Below, one piece after another: positions 12,451 through 24,932 of a stretch of DNA of 50,395 bases. Numbering within the stretch: the stretch's first letter is position 1; every line of letters begins with the position of its first letter. The translations under genes and the position numbers were made by a program. Source of the DNA: Girardia tigrina (Eukaryota); the NCBI GenBank assembly GCA_001938485.1, contig MQRK01243741.1:1-50395 (forward strand), read 5' to 3'. The notes beneath the pieces were generated by a model that was not told the origin of the DNA, ran no database searches, and saw nothing but the letters and a program-made list of their open reading frames with translations.

Positions 12451-14535
12451 TATGAATACAAGAACATTATTTAATTTTTAAAATAAATTTCAAAAAGTTT
12501 TTTAATTTTACATATATATATTCTTGGTTTCTTTTATCAACATATATAAAAGCTGATGAACTATAAATAAATTTATTTCAAATCATTAATCGACAAATTT
12601 AAAATTCAAATATGATATGAAATATCGAAGGAGTCAATGGTTGGTTGTGTATGTTTAAGATCTGTCGATTAATTTTGGGTTGGCATTGTTAGAGTACTTA
12701 TTATCACCTATCAGACAGCTGTTAATAGATTCAGAATGAACAAAATAAATAAGGGGAGTCTGGAAGCCAAAATTTAAAACCCTTAAAAAATAAGAAAATG
12801 GTGTGTCAAATGACGACTCATGATATTGAGCCAATACTTTTTTGTGTGATAATTTTGATTACCTTTGCGCTTATGTTGACAGATATTTTTTTGTTTCTGT
12901 TTTATATCCTGCGTGTAATAACTAAATTAAATAATTCAAAAATTAAAAGATAAAATTAAAAAAAAATTATATGTTCTGGTTACTCGATCGCAACGTGGTT
13001 CAATTATGAAATTTTGGCTAAGTAGTAGTCACTTAATGAACAGAAACTTCTTTGGAATGCGGGCCTCTGATTAGTGAGCCTATCAGAGCAGGAGATACAT
13101 GATTGGCTTTGGAGACATATATTGAGCTCTGATTTGTTGGCCAATTAGAGATGTTAAATTTTTATTGTGAATACCACAAATTAAAAATTAGAAATATTGA
13201 AAAAAGGGAATTGTTGACTGATGAACTTAAAACAAATTTAAAATATTTTTGAAAAAATATCTAAAATTTAAATGAATTTTAATAAAATATAAAAAATTAA
13301 AACAGACCTTAAATGGATTAATAAAAAATGAAAGCATTGAAATAAAATAAAAATATAAAATAATATACATGATCATCATATTACGTTTCATAATATCAAT
13401 TATAACCCAGCAAAATGAAATCAAACTTTATCAGTTCCTTGTTTATAGGGCGATAAAAATTTCAAATTATTATTCACATAAACAATCAAACGTGACCTCA
13501 AATACGATTAATTAAAAAATAAATTCAAGTGTTTAATAATAACGCCCCCACACCCCTCTGTTTGTAATCCGATCTTGTTTATAAATATACTTGTCATGGA
13601 TTTATCGCTCCATACTTTGGAGAGATATCTTATAATATATATGAAGGTATCAAAGAACACGCTCGACTTGATGTTATGAGTAATAATGTTGAGCATAATT
13701 TAAAATGTAAAAAGAATATAGGAGAAAATCATTTTCAATCTTTTCCCAAATTTTATTTTATTTCTTTTTATAAAATGTAAAAAAAAGTTTTAAATAAACT
13801 ATTACTTTATGTGAACGTAATAAAAGTTATCTTTCATAAAAAAACTATTAATCTAAAAATGGAATTATGAAAAAATAATAATTGGTTTTTCTGTTTGAAA
13901 GGGGTTTTTATGAAAATTGTTAAAGAAGTAAATGTTAGTATCCATATTTTTAAACATTTGTTCTAATTTTATTAATCATTTGAGAGAAATATGAGAATGA
14001 CTTTAAATAGTAAATGTTTTTTTAATTTCTTACATTAATAAGTTTTTATATTAGTCAGTCCTACCTTTGTTGAAGAGTATAATATAAATTATATATTTAT
14101 AATAATATTACAATTTGGTAGATTTTATATTTTTAATTAAATGTTATAAATATGATATATCCATAATTATTGATATTTACGTAACCGTTTATCATATTAA
14201 TACAGGAATAGCTTCTAGTGAGAATGTTTCCGGAGAGGGAAAAATGTAAATATAAAAAAATATTTTTTAATGATGCAAATAATATTAGAGCTGAACCAAT
14301 TTGTAAATCCAATTTTTATTTTAAAAATTTAAAAATATTTTAATACTATTTTAAATTATAAGATTCCCGATTTATTTAATAAATAATAATCTGAAGAAAA
14401 AAATGAAGACCCTCAAAATGATGAATGATAAAATAATTTAATATACACGAAAAAAAGGAAAAATATCAGTTTAGTTACTACAAACGTATATCAAAATTGA
14501 ATGAAAAATTTAGAATAATATAGTTAATGACCTTA

Positions 14536-14638
14536 GTGAGAAATATTTTCGAATGGCGTTTATTGTATGTTGTGTTTGGTATATTGTTTTTTGGATTGTG
14601 TTTCTCCCACCCAGCAAGAGGATTGATAATTCTAATGT
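14536..14638 (+). repeat. Dispersed repeat (other copies at 41754-41850 and, partial, 5868-5915)
   Basis: Shared gtgagRaatatttt ... attgtgtYtctccYacccag ... gattRataWttYtaat. Confidence 0.6.
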
Positions 14639-15781
14639 TTTGAACCGCCGGATTATTCGTACAATTTCAAAATGTAAATAATAAATTTAAAATTAAATTA
14701 ATATATTTTAATCAATAAATTTATAATAATATTTTAATCAAAATATTTTAATCTAATTATAATTATATATAAGTAAAGTAAAAGTGATTTTAAAGATTTT
14801 AATAGTATATAATAACGTAAAAATTTATTTAATCATGAATAATATATTTAAAATGAAATTAAAATATTTTTGAAAATTATTTTAGTAAAGAAATTGTAAT
14901 CTATATTTTTCGAATAATTAGATATTTAGAAACCAAATTTAAAAAAAATTATCAATCTAAATCAATCGAAAGTTTTGTGGAAATTTTTCCAAGAGGCAAT
15001 TCAAGTTGTGATGTAAATAAAAGTATTGAAAATCATATTAGTGTTATTAATAACCTTTAAGTAAATAATATAGTAGAGTACCTGATATATGCAATAAGTA
15101 GTTTTGAAACCTTCAAATTTTCGATGTTATTAGGGATCTATTTTAATATGTGACACACCTCTTTCATTTTATTTTCTACGATTTTAATGGGAAACTTATA
15201 TCACTAGTCTGTTCAAAAAAGAGACTTGTCTTACATTCATCGAAATAACTTCGCTGTTTTTCTTCGGTGTTAATTGCCATTATTCTGTTTCATTTTCAAG
15301 AAAACTGATGTAGAGAAACTAGATAGAAACAAGGAACCTCTAAAGGAAAAGCAAAATGCGCGGACTCTTATTTACACAATTATTCACAATAAATAATATT
15401 AAGTAATAAGCAATAAGTAAACAATAAGTAATAAGTAATATTATTCATCGCAATAAGTAATCTAGTATTATCATGACAGAAAATGATTCTTAACGTTTCA
15501 AAATCATTTTTACCTTACCATTAATTTATCTTTATGAGGGGTTAGTTGAAATTTGCATTTCACCAAGATAGTTTATTATTTTTTTTAATTTGAAAATTTA
15601 AAAAAAGTTAGATAAAAAATTAAAATGCAAAGTAAAAATATCATAAAAATTAAATACTTATTTAAAATATGCTTACAGTTATAACAATTGATATATTTTA
15701 AAAGTTATGAAATAAGTTTAAATAAATTTTAAAATAGATTATTAACGGATTAATATTTTAAGAAATATTTAAAACAAAATT

Positions 15782-18700
15782 TTATTATCATAAAACAATT
15801 AGAAAATAAGGGTCACAGAGGACCACAGAGAAGGGCCGTTTTAGACTATAGCGTCTTTTAAACGTCCATTGATTGAATTCGTTCCAGGATTGAGTTGGTA
15901 GGCGTATCCTTGGAGCAGGGATTGTAGCAGAGAGTGTTGTGCTTCGCCCAAGTTGATGCACAGTGCTTGATGTTGGAGATTACACATCTTCTCCTGAGAC
16001 TATTGATTGCTGTTTCGGATAACTTCAAATCCACTAGTACCTCGTTGTTCTTTTCTGGCCAGGATCCGAGACATCCTACGACAATAGTCCCGAGTTTAAT
16101 GTTCCATCCTGGGTATTTGGCTTTAGCTTCTTTTTCCAGGGGCTCATACTTGGTTTCATTGAGTTCTCTTGCAGACTTGAGGTTTTCAGTCTCGTCATAC
16201 GGAGTTTTGATATCAAGTAGCCATATAGTTCTTCCTCCTGTGTTTTTGGCTTGGATATATATTCTTCTGGTTGAAGTTGAGAAGTCGCTTTGTTCATCAT
16301 TCTTGATTTAGTAGTAGGGCATTTCAAAATCAATAGCTTCGATAACAAGGTCAACTACTGCATTGTGGCGTGCAGTGATAAGCGACATGTTCATGTTGCA
16401 GCAACACAGAACATGCATTTGTGTTTCGGCATATTGTCGACATGCTCTACAGAGTGTATGTTCCNNNNNNNNNNNNNNNNNNNNNNNNNNNNNNNNNNNN
16501 NNNNNNNNNNNNNNNNNNNNNNNNNNNNNNNNNNNNNNNNNNNNNNNNNNNNNNNNTAATACCTGGCTGGATATTTTGTTTTTGCTCAGAGCATCAGCCG
16601 ATCTACCAGCATTCGCTTGTCTTGACCAATCCATAAATTTCTGGTGACGATATAGTCTGTGAAATTGGAAGGATAGAGTTTTCTTGTTTGCGGCAGATTT
16701 TGTCAACGATTCTTTGGATGATTTGATATTTAGACATATGCCTATATGGTGGTCATGGAGAAAGCGTGTTTGTAGACCAATCTTTTCCAAGTATCTAATG
16801 TTTTTTCTTACTTTTGTCCACCAAGATTCGATTCCATTTTCTCGATCACCTTCATTTAGCCAATCCATCATTTCACTGATAGTTCTGTCTGGATTATTCT
16901 TTTTCTTTTTGTTCTTTTTTGTTTTTTTAAGTGTATTGTTGAGATTGATCAGTGTCAATTCGGCTACCTTTAAATCTTCACAGGTTAGGTTCCTGAACGC
17001 CTGGATGATTGATTGTATGGCATATTCATCGCGGGTTTCAACGAGTCCGAGTCCGCCATATTATTTCCCAGCATAGAGATAGTCATTGGAGGCTGTTGGC
17101 TGAAGTCCCCATATAGGCTTTATGATCTTTCTGATTTCTATGCCAAGAACGTAGTCAAAGACTTTGTAATATTGGAATATTGTAATTTCGGAATGAGAAT
17201 ATCAGGTGCGAGTGAATGAAGACTTTGTATGCGTCTATTTTTTGCCATGGTTCAAGAGATGAACCGGCAATCTTTTTCATATCATTGATGATACCTTTGA
17301 ATAGTTCGGTGGGGGAACTTTTTGTTTTTCTTGTAAAGTCTGCCCCCAGGTATCTATATCCCTTTTCGTCGTCCACTATTGGGATTTCTTCTTCAATGAT
17401 GAAAATTTTTTCATTCGCCTTTGTCGTTGATAGATAGCCGGATTTGCTCGGATTAAAGGTCATTGATGTCCAAGAAGCCCATTTGAAGGCACTATTGACC
17501 ATTTCTTGGAGACCTTCATTGGTGTTGGAGATCAAGGCAATATCGTCGGCATAGGCTAGACAGGAAATTTTGATGTCTCTGATCGTGGTCCCAGAGTCTG
17601 GAGAGTTGTGAATCTCTGTCAAGATTGGATCAATACCGATGTTGAAGAGTAACATTGATAGTGGGCATCCCTGTCGAACCCCTCTGTTAATTGGTATTGC
17701 TTGAATTGAGCGGCCATTACAGGAATATTCGGATATGTTGTCCGTGTAGATCTGACGTATTAGGTCACATGATTTGGAGTTCATTCCTTTTCTACGTAGT
17801 ATCTCTATCACATGAGCAATGGGCATTCTGCTAAATGCATCTGTGAGATCAAGGAATGCTACATGTACTTCCTCCATTTCTTCCAAAATGATCCTGAGCA
17901 CGTTGTTGTGTTCCGCACACCCATCTGAAGTTCCAGTTCCTTTTTGGAGTGGAAAAATTAGGTCATTATCTAATAACCATTTTTCAAGCTGGGATGTCAA
18001 GCATGACGCAAAAACTTTGTAAATGCACTCTAATAGAGCTATTGGTCTCCAGGAGGACACTTCATCATATTTGCCTTCTTCTCCTGGTTTGGGAATCAGT
18101 ATGGTGATAAATTCGCCCCAGTTTTTTGGAGTTTCGTTTTTGTCCATGATTTTTTCAAATAGTTTGGTTAGGATTTTGCCATTGGGATCACAATATTCAA
18201 TGTCCTTGTATGTGATGTTTGATTTTCCAGGGCTAGATTTTTTCATTTTTTTAACACGGATAGAACTTCTGTTTCTGTTATCTTTTTGAATTGAAATTCC
18301 GGTCCTTGATCGATAAGAGGACAATTGGTCCAATCAGTCACAGGGGGGTCCGGTGTTTTTGTTTGACCATATTCTGTGATTTTTTCAATTGATGGACTTG
18401 TATTCACCTTTGTATCTGATAGGATCATTTCTATCACCTTTTTGGGCTCGGTTCTGTATTTGATGTGGAGGTGTGAATCGTTCTTACCTCTGTCTTTACC
18501 AATTTTGCCCATGTATGGTTTTTTTACAGCTTTTTTTTCTGTTTTTGTAGAATGAATAACTGGAGTTTTTCAGAATATTCTTCTATGGAGTCATTTGAAG
18601 CTGATTTGAGGAATTCTTCAGCATCTGTCAATCTGTCTTGGTACGTTTGGTTCTGTTCATTTTGTTTTCCTTTTTCTGTAGGATGAGCAGTGATTTTGTT

Positions 18701-18805
18701 GAATTTTTTCTTTTTTGATAGTTCCCAGATAGTTTGCCGATTGTCTTGATTAACGTCGTCATTATTTATTATTTGGTAGATGTAATTGGCAATCCAATAA
18801 CCATA
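15782..18805 (-). mobile_element. 5'-truncated non-LTR retrotransposon with RT, CCHC and restriction-like endonuclease (NeSL/Utopia/R2 group), frameshifted
   Basis: RT motifs: SSPGKSNITY, LIPK...WRPIAL, QKG...DGCAEHN, AFLDLTDAF, GVRQGCPLSMLLFN, LAYADD, YRYLG. CCHC: CRAC...ETQMHVLCCC, then ARHNAVV. RLE: LLDIKTPYD...KY...IVVGCLGSW. Final stop at 15858-15860, with a short 3' UTR. Confidence 0.92.
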
Positions 18806-20030
18806 ATAAAAAGGTTATAGTAAATTTAAATTAATTAGTTTTTATGATAAAGTTTTTTAAAATTGTAAGAATTATTTTAAAGTTTAAAATTTAACAAATT
18901 TTCAAAATTTAATCGAAAAAATTTAATAGATTAATTTTGGGCGAAATAATTGAATTAACAAGAAATTTGTTTAAATATGTTAATTACTGATATTAATAAA
19001 TTTTGTCGTGGTAAATTATGACTGAATTTGATAATAATGAAAGTGACATAAATGATTATTTATGCTCAGATTTCCAGATCATTATTTTTACTTATCTTTG
19101 GTTGATATGAATATTCACATCATATCTGCGTTATACTATAACCATGTTTCCAAATGCGACTGATACATTGCTTCCTCTCTCAAATTCATAGAAAAGACAA
19201 TATTATAAATACGCTTTATCCACTTTCATCATTTTTTTAAATATTAATGATCAGCAGTATAAAATAATTCATTTTAACCGAAAGCTAATAATTTCTAAAT
19301 AGTAACACAAAATATATATAAATATAAAATTCATTTACAGTGTAATTCCGACCGAAATATCAAATAATTCATTTAAAATTATACAGCAGGTAAAAAACAA
19401 AACAAATCCCCCAAGACTCAATTAATTACGTGTTTTATGTACAAGTAAAATTAACCCCCAAACTAATAGATATTTTCCTGTTAAGCCATTAAATTATGCA
19501 TTTTATTTTTTCATTTAGTAAACATAGTATAATAAAATAAAAAAAATTAAAAGTCATTTTAATTATTGTTTTTCTACAGTTTTAATTATGTACGATTATA
19601 TGTATTTAGGTAAATATCTTTTATTTTATTTATCTGAAATTCGTTTACTTTGAATATAAAAATAACTCACTTTATTTTATTTGAAAAAATAATTTCTTAT
19701 TTTTTTAAATCAATAATATTATTTTTTAGTGTTTCCTTCAATTTTTACTTATAACTTTATTAATTTGAATAAATATTTTTCATCAAAAATATAATAAAAA
19801 TTAATTTCAATTTTTTTATTAATGAATTTTATAAGCTTTTTATTTATTAAATAATTAATTGTATTATTTTAATTTAACGTTAATGATAAAATTTATTATT
19901 TTTTATTACTAAATAAAAATTGATTTAATTAACTAATGTCGCATAAAAATTTTGTAATTATTTTAAAATTAATAATAAATTACTTTTTTGATTTTTTCTC
20001 TCAATTTAAATGAATAAATATTTAATAAAG

Positions 20031-20130
20031 GTCGACAATTGCAAATGGAAAATTCCAGAAAACACAATTATTACCACTACGACAAAGATGTATTCAGCGA
20101 TGGGGGTTACGGAATGAATTATGAACAGAG
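20031..20130 (+). CDS. unc-13: Exon of Unc-13-like gene (RQLQMENSRKHNYYHYDKDVFSDGGYGMNYEQ)
   Basis: aag acceptor and gttatt donor. 100 bp, phase 1 to 2, compatible with both neighbouring exons. Confidence 0.65.
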
Positions 20131-20749
20131 GTTATTTGTTTTAATTAATATTAATAATAGTTTCCATAATGAACTGTCCTCTTAAGAGGAGTGATATGTG
20201 GACTTTTATTTTATTTTTATTCAAATATTTCAGTTAATAATTGATTATAGTTGATTATAAATAATGTAAATTTAAAAAATAAATCCAGTTTTATTTTTGA
20301 ATTATTAAAAAATTTAATGTTTTATGCATATTTTATACGTTTGGTCAATGAAATATTGTGATTTAAGTTTTCATTGAAGCTAATCACATTACGGATCTCC
20401 TTGAAATAAGATATGCAACTTTTCATTAATTTTATTCATATATTTATCAAATATTTATTTTAGATAATAATATTTTGATATTCAAGAGAATAAAAAGAAA
20501 TAAATACTATAAAATATCCTTGTAAGATGATTCCATAAATTGAAAACGAAAGCAATCCACATACAAAATTTATTCTATAATTAAAAAAATTACAATCTTT
20601 TATTTTTTATAATTTAAATAAATATCAAGAGCTCTACTTTGAACATTCTACATCCGTTATTGTAATAGTTTTGAAATATATTTAGTATAATAAAAATAAT
20701 ATAGATACTATATAATTATATCAACGGTATTCGCATCTCTAATTTTTTT

Positions 20750-22950
20750 AATTTCACTAATGATCTTGTTATCAAACTCGTAATGTCAACAACATTACAA
20801 ATCAACCATTTTCTCCAAATTACTTTCGGTGGACTTTATCCGATTGTGCTTTGTACTAATCCGTTCAAACTGATCTATATCTCCGGTAAAAATTCTACCA
20901 AATTTTTACTTCCATGTAAAGGAAACAATCTCTAAAATTTATAATAATTGAAAGTGCTTTCTTTAACAAATATATTGATAATTCATAACTCTAACGGAAA
21001 GATGTACAAGAAAAGAAATTTTTCCCGATCACAAAAACCAGAAACAGGTTGATTAGTTTTTTTAGAGAAATACACGTTACTTGTTTTATTTTTCGTGAGA
21101 ACTGAATTGTTAGGTTATTGCCTTTCTCAGATCGTCTTGATTATTAACGTCTCCAATTAGAGATTTGATTTTTTTTATTATTGACTGGTTGTAAATTTAA
21201 GGGATTGGTTGAGAAAAGACAGAATAGTTATAGTTTACAATTATTATTTAATTTTTGTCTTTGTTGGAAAAACGAAATTGCTTAATTATTATTTCTTTCG
21301 GATCTCGTTGTTGTTCTTCGGAACTTTCTTTTACTGACTGGAAATTGAGGGAATTAGCTAAGGAAATGGTGAAGTAATGATGGTTTCTAGAAAACTTCTT
21401 ATTCTTCTAATTCAAAAATCCAAATTTGTCGTTCAATTAATAATTGATTTTTTTTAATTAATTTCAAATATCCCATATTACTATGGGATTATTTCATCGT
21501 CATTAACACCGAATGGCAAAAATTGAGAACGGATTGTCTTGTGAACGAAGACGAAATCGCCTCTCAATCAACAATAAAAAAAACATCCTCCATTGAAAGC
21601 AGAAACACAAAATATTCCATTAGAATTTCAAATTGCAAAATTATTTCCCATTTGAATTCGCAAAAAAATTTCTCATAAAAAAATAAAAATGTACATTTAC
21701 ATTCCTCTTTCTTTCAGTGTCCTGTTTAATGCATCCCAGACTGTTCGGCATGGTATGCTTTAATTCCGAACTGAACTTTAAAATGGTATTTTAATCAAGA
21801 GCAATTCCGTGAAGTCTCTGAATGAAATAGACTCGAATACTTTCTATGGTCCTCGTGAATGTACCCTGATGTTCTAAACCCAAATATCTATTTCTTGTTG
21901 TATCGTATGTATTGTTTTCGGTTCATATTGATTGTTTACTGCTGTAAAACTGACATATTTACTAAACATGCATATTATCCTCACAAAGAAATTTTTATAA
22001 AATTTTCTCCCTATTCTTGATACCAAATTTAAGTTTTCTTGATATAGGTTTGAAAGGAAGTCGCCCATCTCACGGTGATCTTTCTCTCTGTTTTAATGAT
22101 ATCACCGCAGCATTTCAGTTAACTTCACTGATAAATTTCACCTTCAATTTTGCATTAAAAACATCAAATTTTAAATTGAGATATTCAATCTAATACTGTT
22201 GTTTTAAAGGCACTTTTAAGTCAAAAAACATCCTGTAATTCCTTGATAATTTCGTGATTGTCTATCTTTTACAACATAAGAAATTTAATTCACTATGGTA
22301 CTTAATGTGATTCATTCAACAAATGATGAAATGTTAGAAATTTGGAATGACTTCTTTTAAAACAAGTTAACAAATATGCATTAAACGAAATTGAATTTTA
22401 ATTGTGTATATCGTTATTAATTTAACCATAAAATTTAAGAAAATATATTGCCTGTTTCATGTATATTCCGGCTACTTTATGGTTCAAACACGTACATTTG
22501 TCATTTAATATTTTTCGTTGATCAAAAAACGTCAATGTTTCGAGAAATTTCTTCAAAAGATTGTTTTCAGTATTCTACGATGAAGACTTTGAAAAGCTTT
22601 TGATCATCAGTGTATTGTATAAAGATCTTGTTCTTTATATCAGATTAAGATTGAAAATCTTAACAACCTCATTGTCAAGTTCATCTTGAAATTGCTAATT
22701 TATAACAATGTTGCATCAAAATTCAATAAAATACATTAATATAAATGAGGAAGACTACCTGGTACTATTTTAAAAAAAAACATAAATTAGTTATCTCTCT
22801 TTTATATCGTCACCAGGAATATTCAGTTGTACGAAATTCTACTTTGGTATCTCTTGAGTAAAATTAATTCTCTAAAGTTTGTCAGAGGAAACATCCAAAT
22901 TTCAAGAATAAATCAAAAGTTGTTTCTTGAAGTTTGTGTTTAGTCTTTCT
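20750..22950 (-). mobile_element. Highly degenerate Gypsy/Ty3 LTR retrotransposon pol relic(s): RT N-terminus and integrase
   Basis: LDVSSDKL*RINF and ELDNEVVKIFNLNLI*RTRSLYN resemble the RT N-terminus. FFVRIICMFSKYVSFTAVNNQ, VFESISFRDF, ALNRTLKE and RILPEI*ISLNGLVQSTIG*SP resemble the integrase core and C-terminus. No LTRs were seen. Confidence 0.6.
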
Positions 22951-23147
22951 AACTGATTTTTAATTAACCTATTTTAAATTAATAAAAACCGTAGTACATA
23001 ACAATGAAAAATTGCAATAAGAATAAATATGCTGGAACTTTTATAATGAGATTTTCTATTTTTAATTGTTTACATAATTATTTTTAAAGTTTTAGTAAAA
23101 TATATTTATTTATAGTTTATTTATAAATGAAACAAATATTAATTCAG

Positions 23148-23462
23148 CTCAAGTAACAGCGATTTCAAGGTTCACAATAGTGTAAATAGAAATTCATCAC
23201 CCATATATTCCGCTTATCATTCTTCTCCATATTATACACCAACACAATCTAAAAGGGGCCATAATTCCAATTATTTTGAAGAAAATTCAAATTCTTCCAA
23301 TAGCAGAAGGATTCTTCCACAACCACCCAATTCAACATATTCTCCCACCAATTTCGGAACTGATTCTCCAAATAATCGGCAATACTTCCAACCTAATAAG
23401 TTTCAATATTCAGCATTTCAGTATTCCAGGATGCCTAATAATGAAATTCTATCCGATACCAG
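23148..23462 (+). CDS. unc-13: Exon of Unc-13-like gene (S/N/Y/P-rich, contains RRILPQPP)
   Basis: ttcag acceptor and gtatgg donor. 315 bp open frame, phase 2 to 2. The ORF track shows a different, wrong frame here. Confidence 0.78.
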
Positions 23463-24226
23463 GTATGGAGAGTTATTATCTAAAACCGTATTTGGAGTAT
23501 TAAGACAATTTATAATTATTTTATGGGTTCTTGGAAATAATTTTAATCTATATTTACTTTGATTGTTCTTAAGTAAAAGGTTACATTTAATTAAATATCT
23601 AAGGTCTATTATCAGCTAGCATTTTTAAAGTAATTATATTTTTATAAAGAAACTTAATTTTTCAAAAATCAAATTTTATTTTTTATATACTTTTGTTCCT
23701 TGAAAAACCTCTGACAAATTGAACCAATACGTCCAGATACTCTACTAATCAGTTTTTTAGATAACTTTTAAAACAATTAATGAGGTTGGTACCTTGCCTT
23801 CCAAAATAACTAAATTATTACTTTTTTTCAAAAAATAAATTTTAAAAAATCAGTTGCTGTATTTAAAGAAATGTATTGATTTTGGATGGATCTACATTTG
23901 TTTGATAACAAATAACTAAACTTTGCACAAAAGGGCAATAAAGCTCATTTTTTATATACGAATTAGTGAAAAAGATTCATGTAACAAAATCTTTGATCGG
24001 ATTCTCATACATTTTTTCAGTATACTATGAAAGTATTACATATCACTGTCATATTGACTTTTTTCAAACAATATTTAATCCGATTTCTGAGATCCTCAAG
24101 AGTTATTGTTTGATTCGCATTGGGGGGAGCTGATGCAGCTGATCTCGCAGGTGCAAATAGAGAATTTGTGGAGTTGTTTATACAACTCTTTTCGAATTAA
24201 AGTCCCATTACCATTAACATAAAACA

Positions 24227-24932
24227 ATGGAAACAATTTAAAAAGTAATTGTCACAAAAGAATTATCAGAAAGAATCAAATTGATTTTAATACCTCAAAA
24301 ATGTTTCTGAATTTTCATGTTCACATTGCAATAAATTTTTAAATCTGAAAAATCGTTCAAGTCTCATCTTAACCTTTATTCGTCAACTATTCAATTGTAT
24401 TGTCCAATGTGTCCTAACTATTTTCTCCCGGAGTCACTTCTTAGTCGACACTTTCGAATGGCTCATAAAAGCTCAACAATTTTTTTCAAGTGCAAACAGT
24501 GCGACCGTTCTTTCCGTACAATGTTGAGTTTGAAGTATCATCGAATATTTAACCATAAAATCACACCGCATCCTGATTAAATTCTATAAAACATCAAGGA
24601 AAAGAAAACGAACATCTATTAATTCAGCTAAAATTTCAATATCTGAGTCTCAAAAGATCCGATTTCAAAAAGTGTTTTTTGTTGTGAACGAACTGCAAAG
24701 GGAACGCTGAGAAAATTATTGTAACCAAAAATATTTCCATAACGACTCAATGGAAATAATCGAACCACCGAAACCAATTGAAGATAAATTATCATGTAGG
24801 ACGAAATTCACAAAAACCTGGAACGTTAAATGGACCCGACGAAAACATTTAGTGTTGATGACAGAAATTAGTTCATTTTTTTTCTTTTTTTTTGCCGGTT
24901 ATCGTTTAACAAATGTTGATGATATTAACTAA
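24227..24932 (+). pseudogene. C2H2 zinc-finger gene relic nested in an intron
   Basis: FSCSHCNKF/KSEKSFKSHL, YCPMCPNYFLPESLLSRHFRMAH, FKCKQCDRSFRTMLSLKYHRIFNH and a decayed fourth finger (SCRTKFTKTWNVKWTRRKH). Frameshift near 24340 and stop at 24578. Confidence 0.7.

Noticed and set aside
15398-15460. (AATAAGT)-like short tandem repeats
   Set aside because: Simple low-complexity repeat.
15934-18289. Several + strand ORFs
   Set aside because: They are antisense shadows of the retrotransposon ORF. The same applies to 408-916, 45122-46298 and the N-spanning ORFs.
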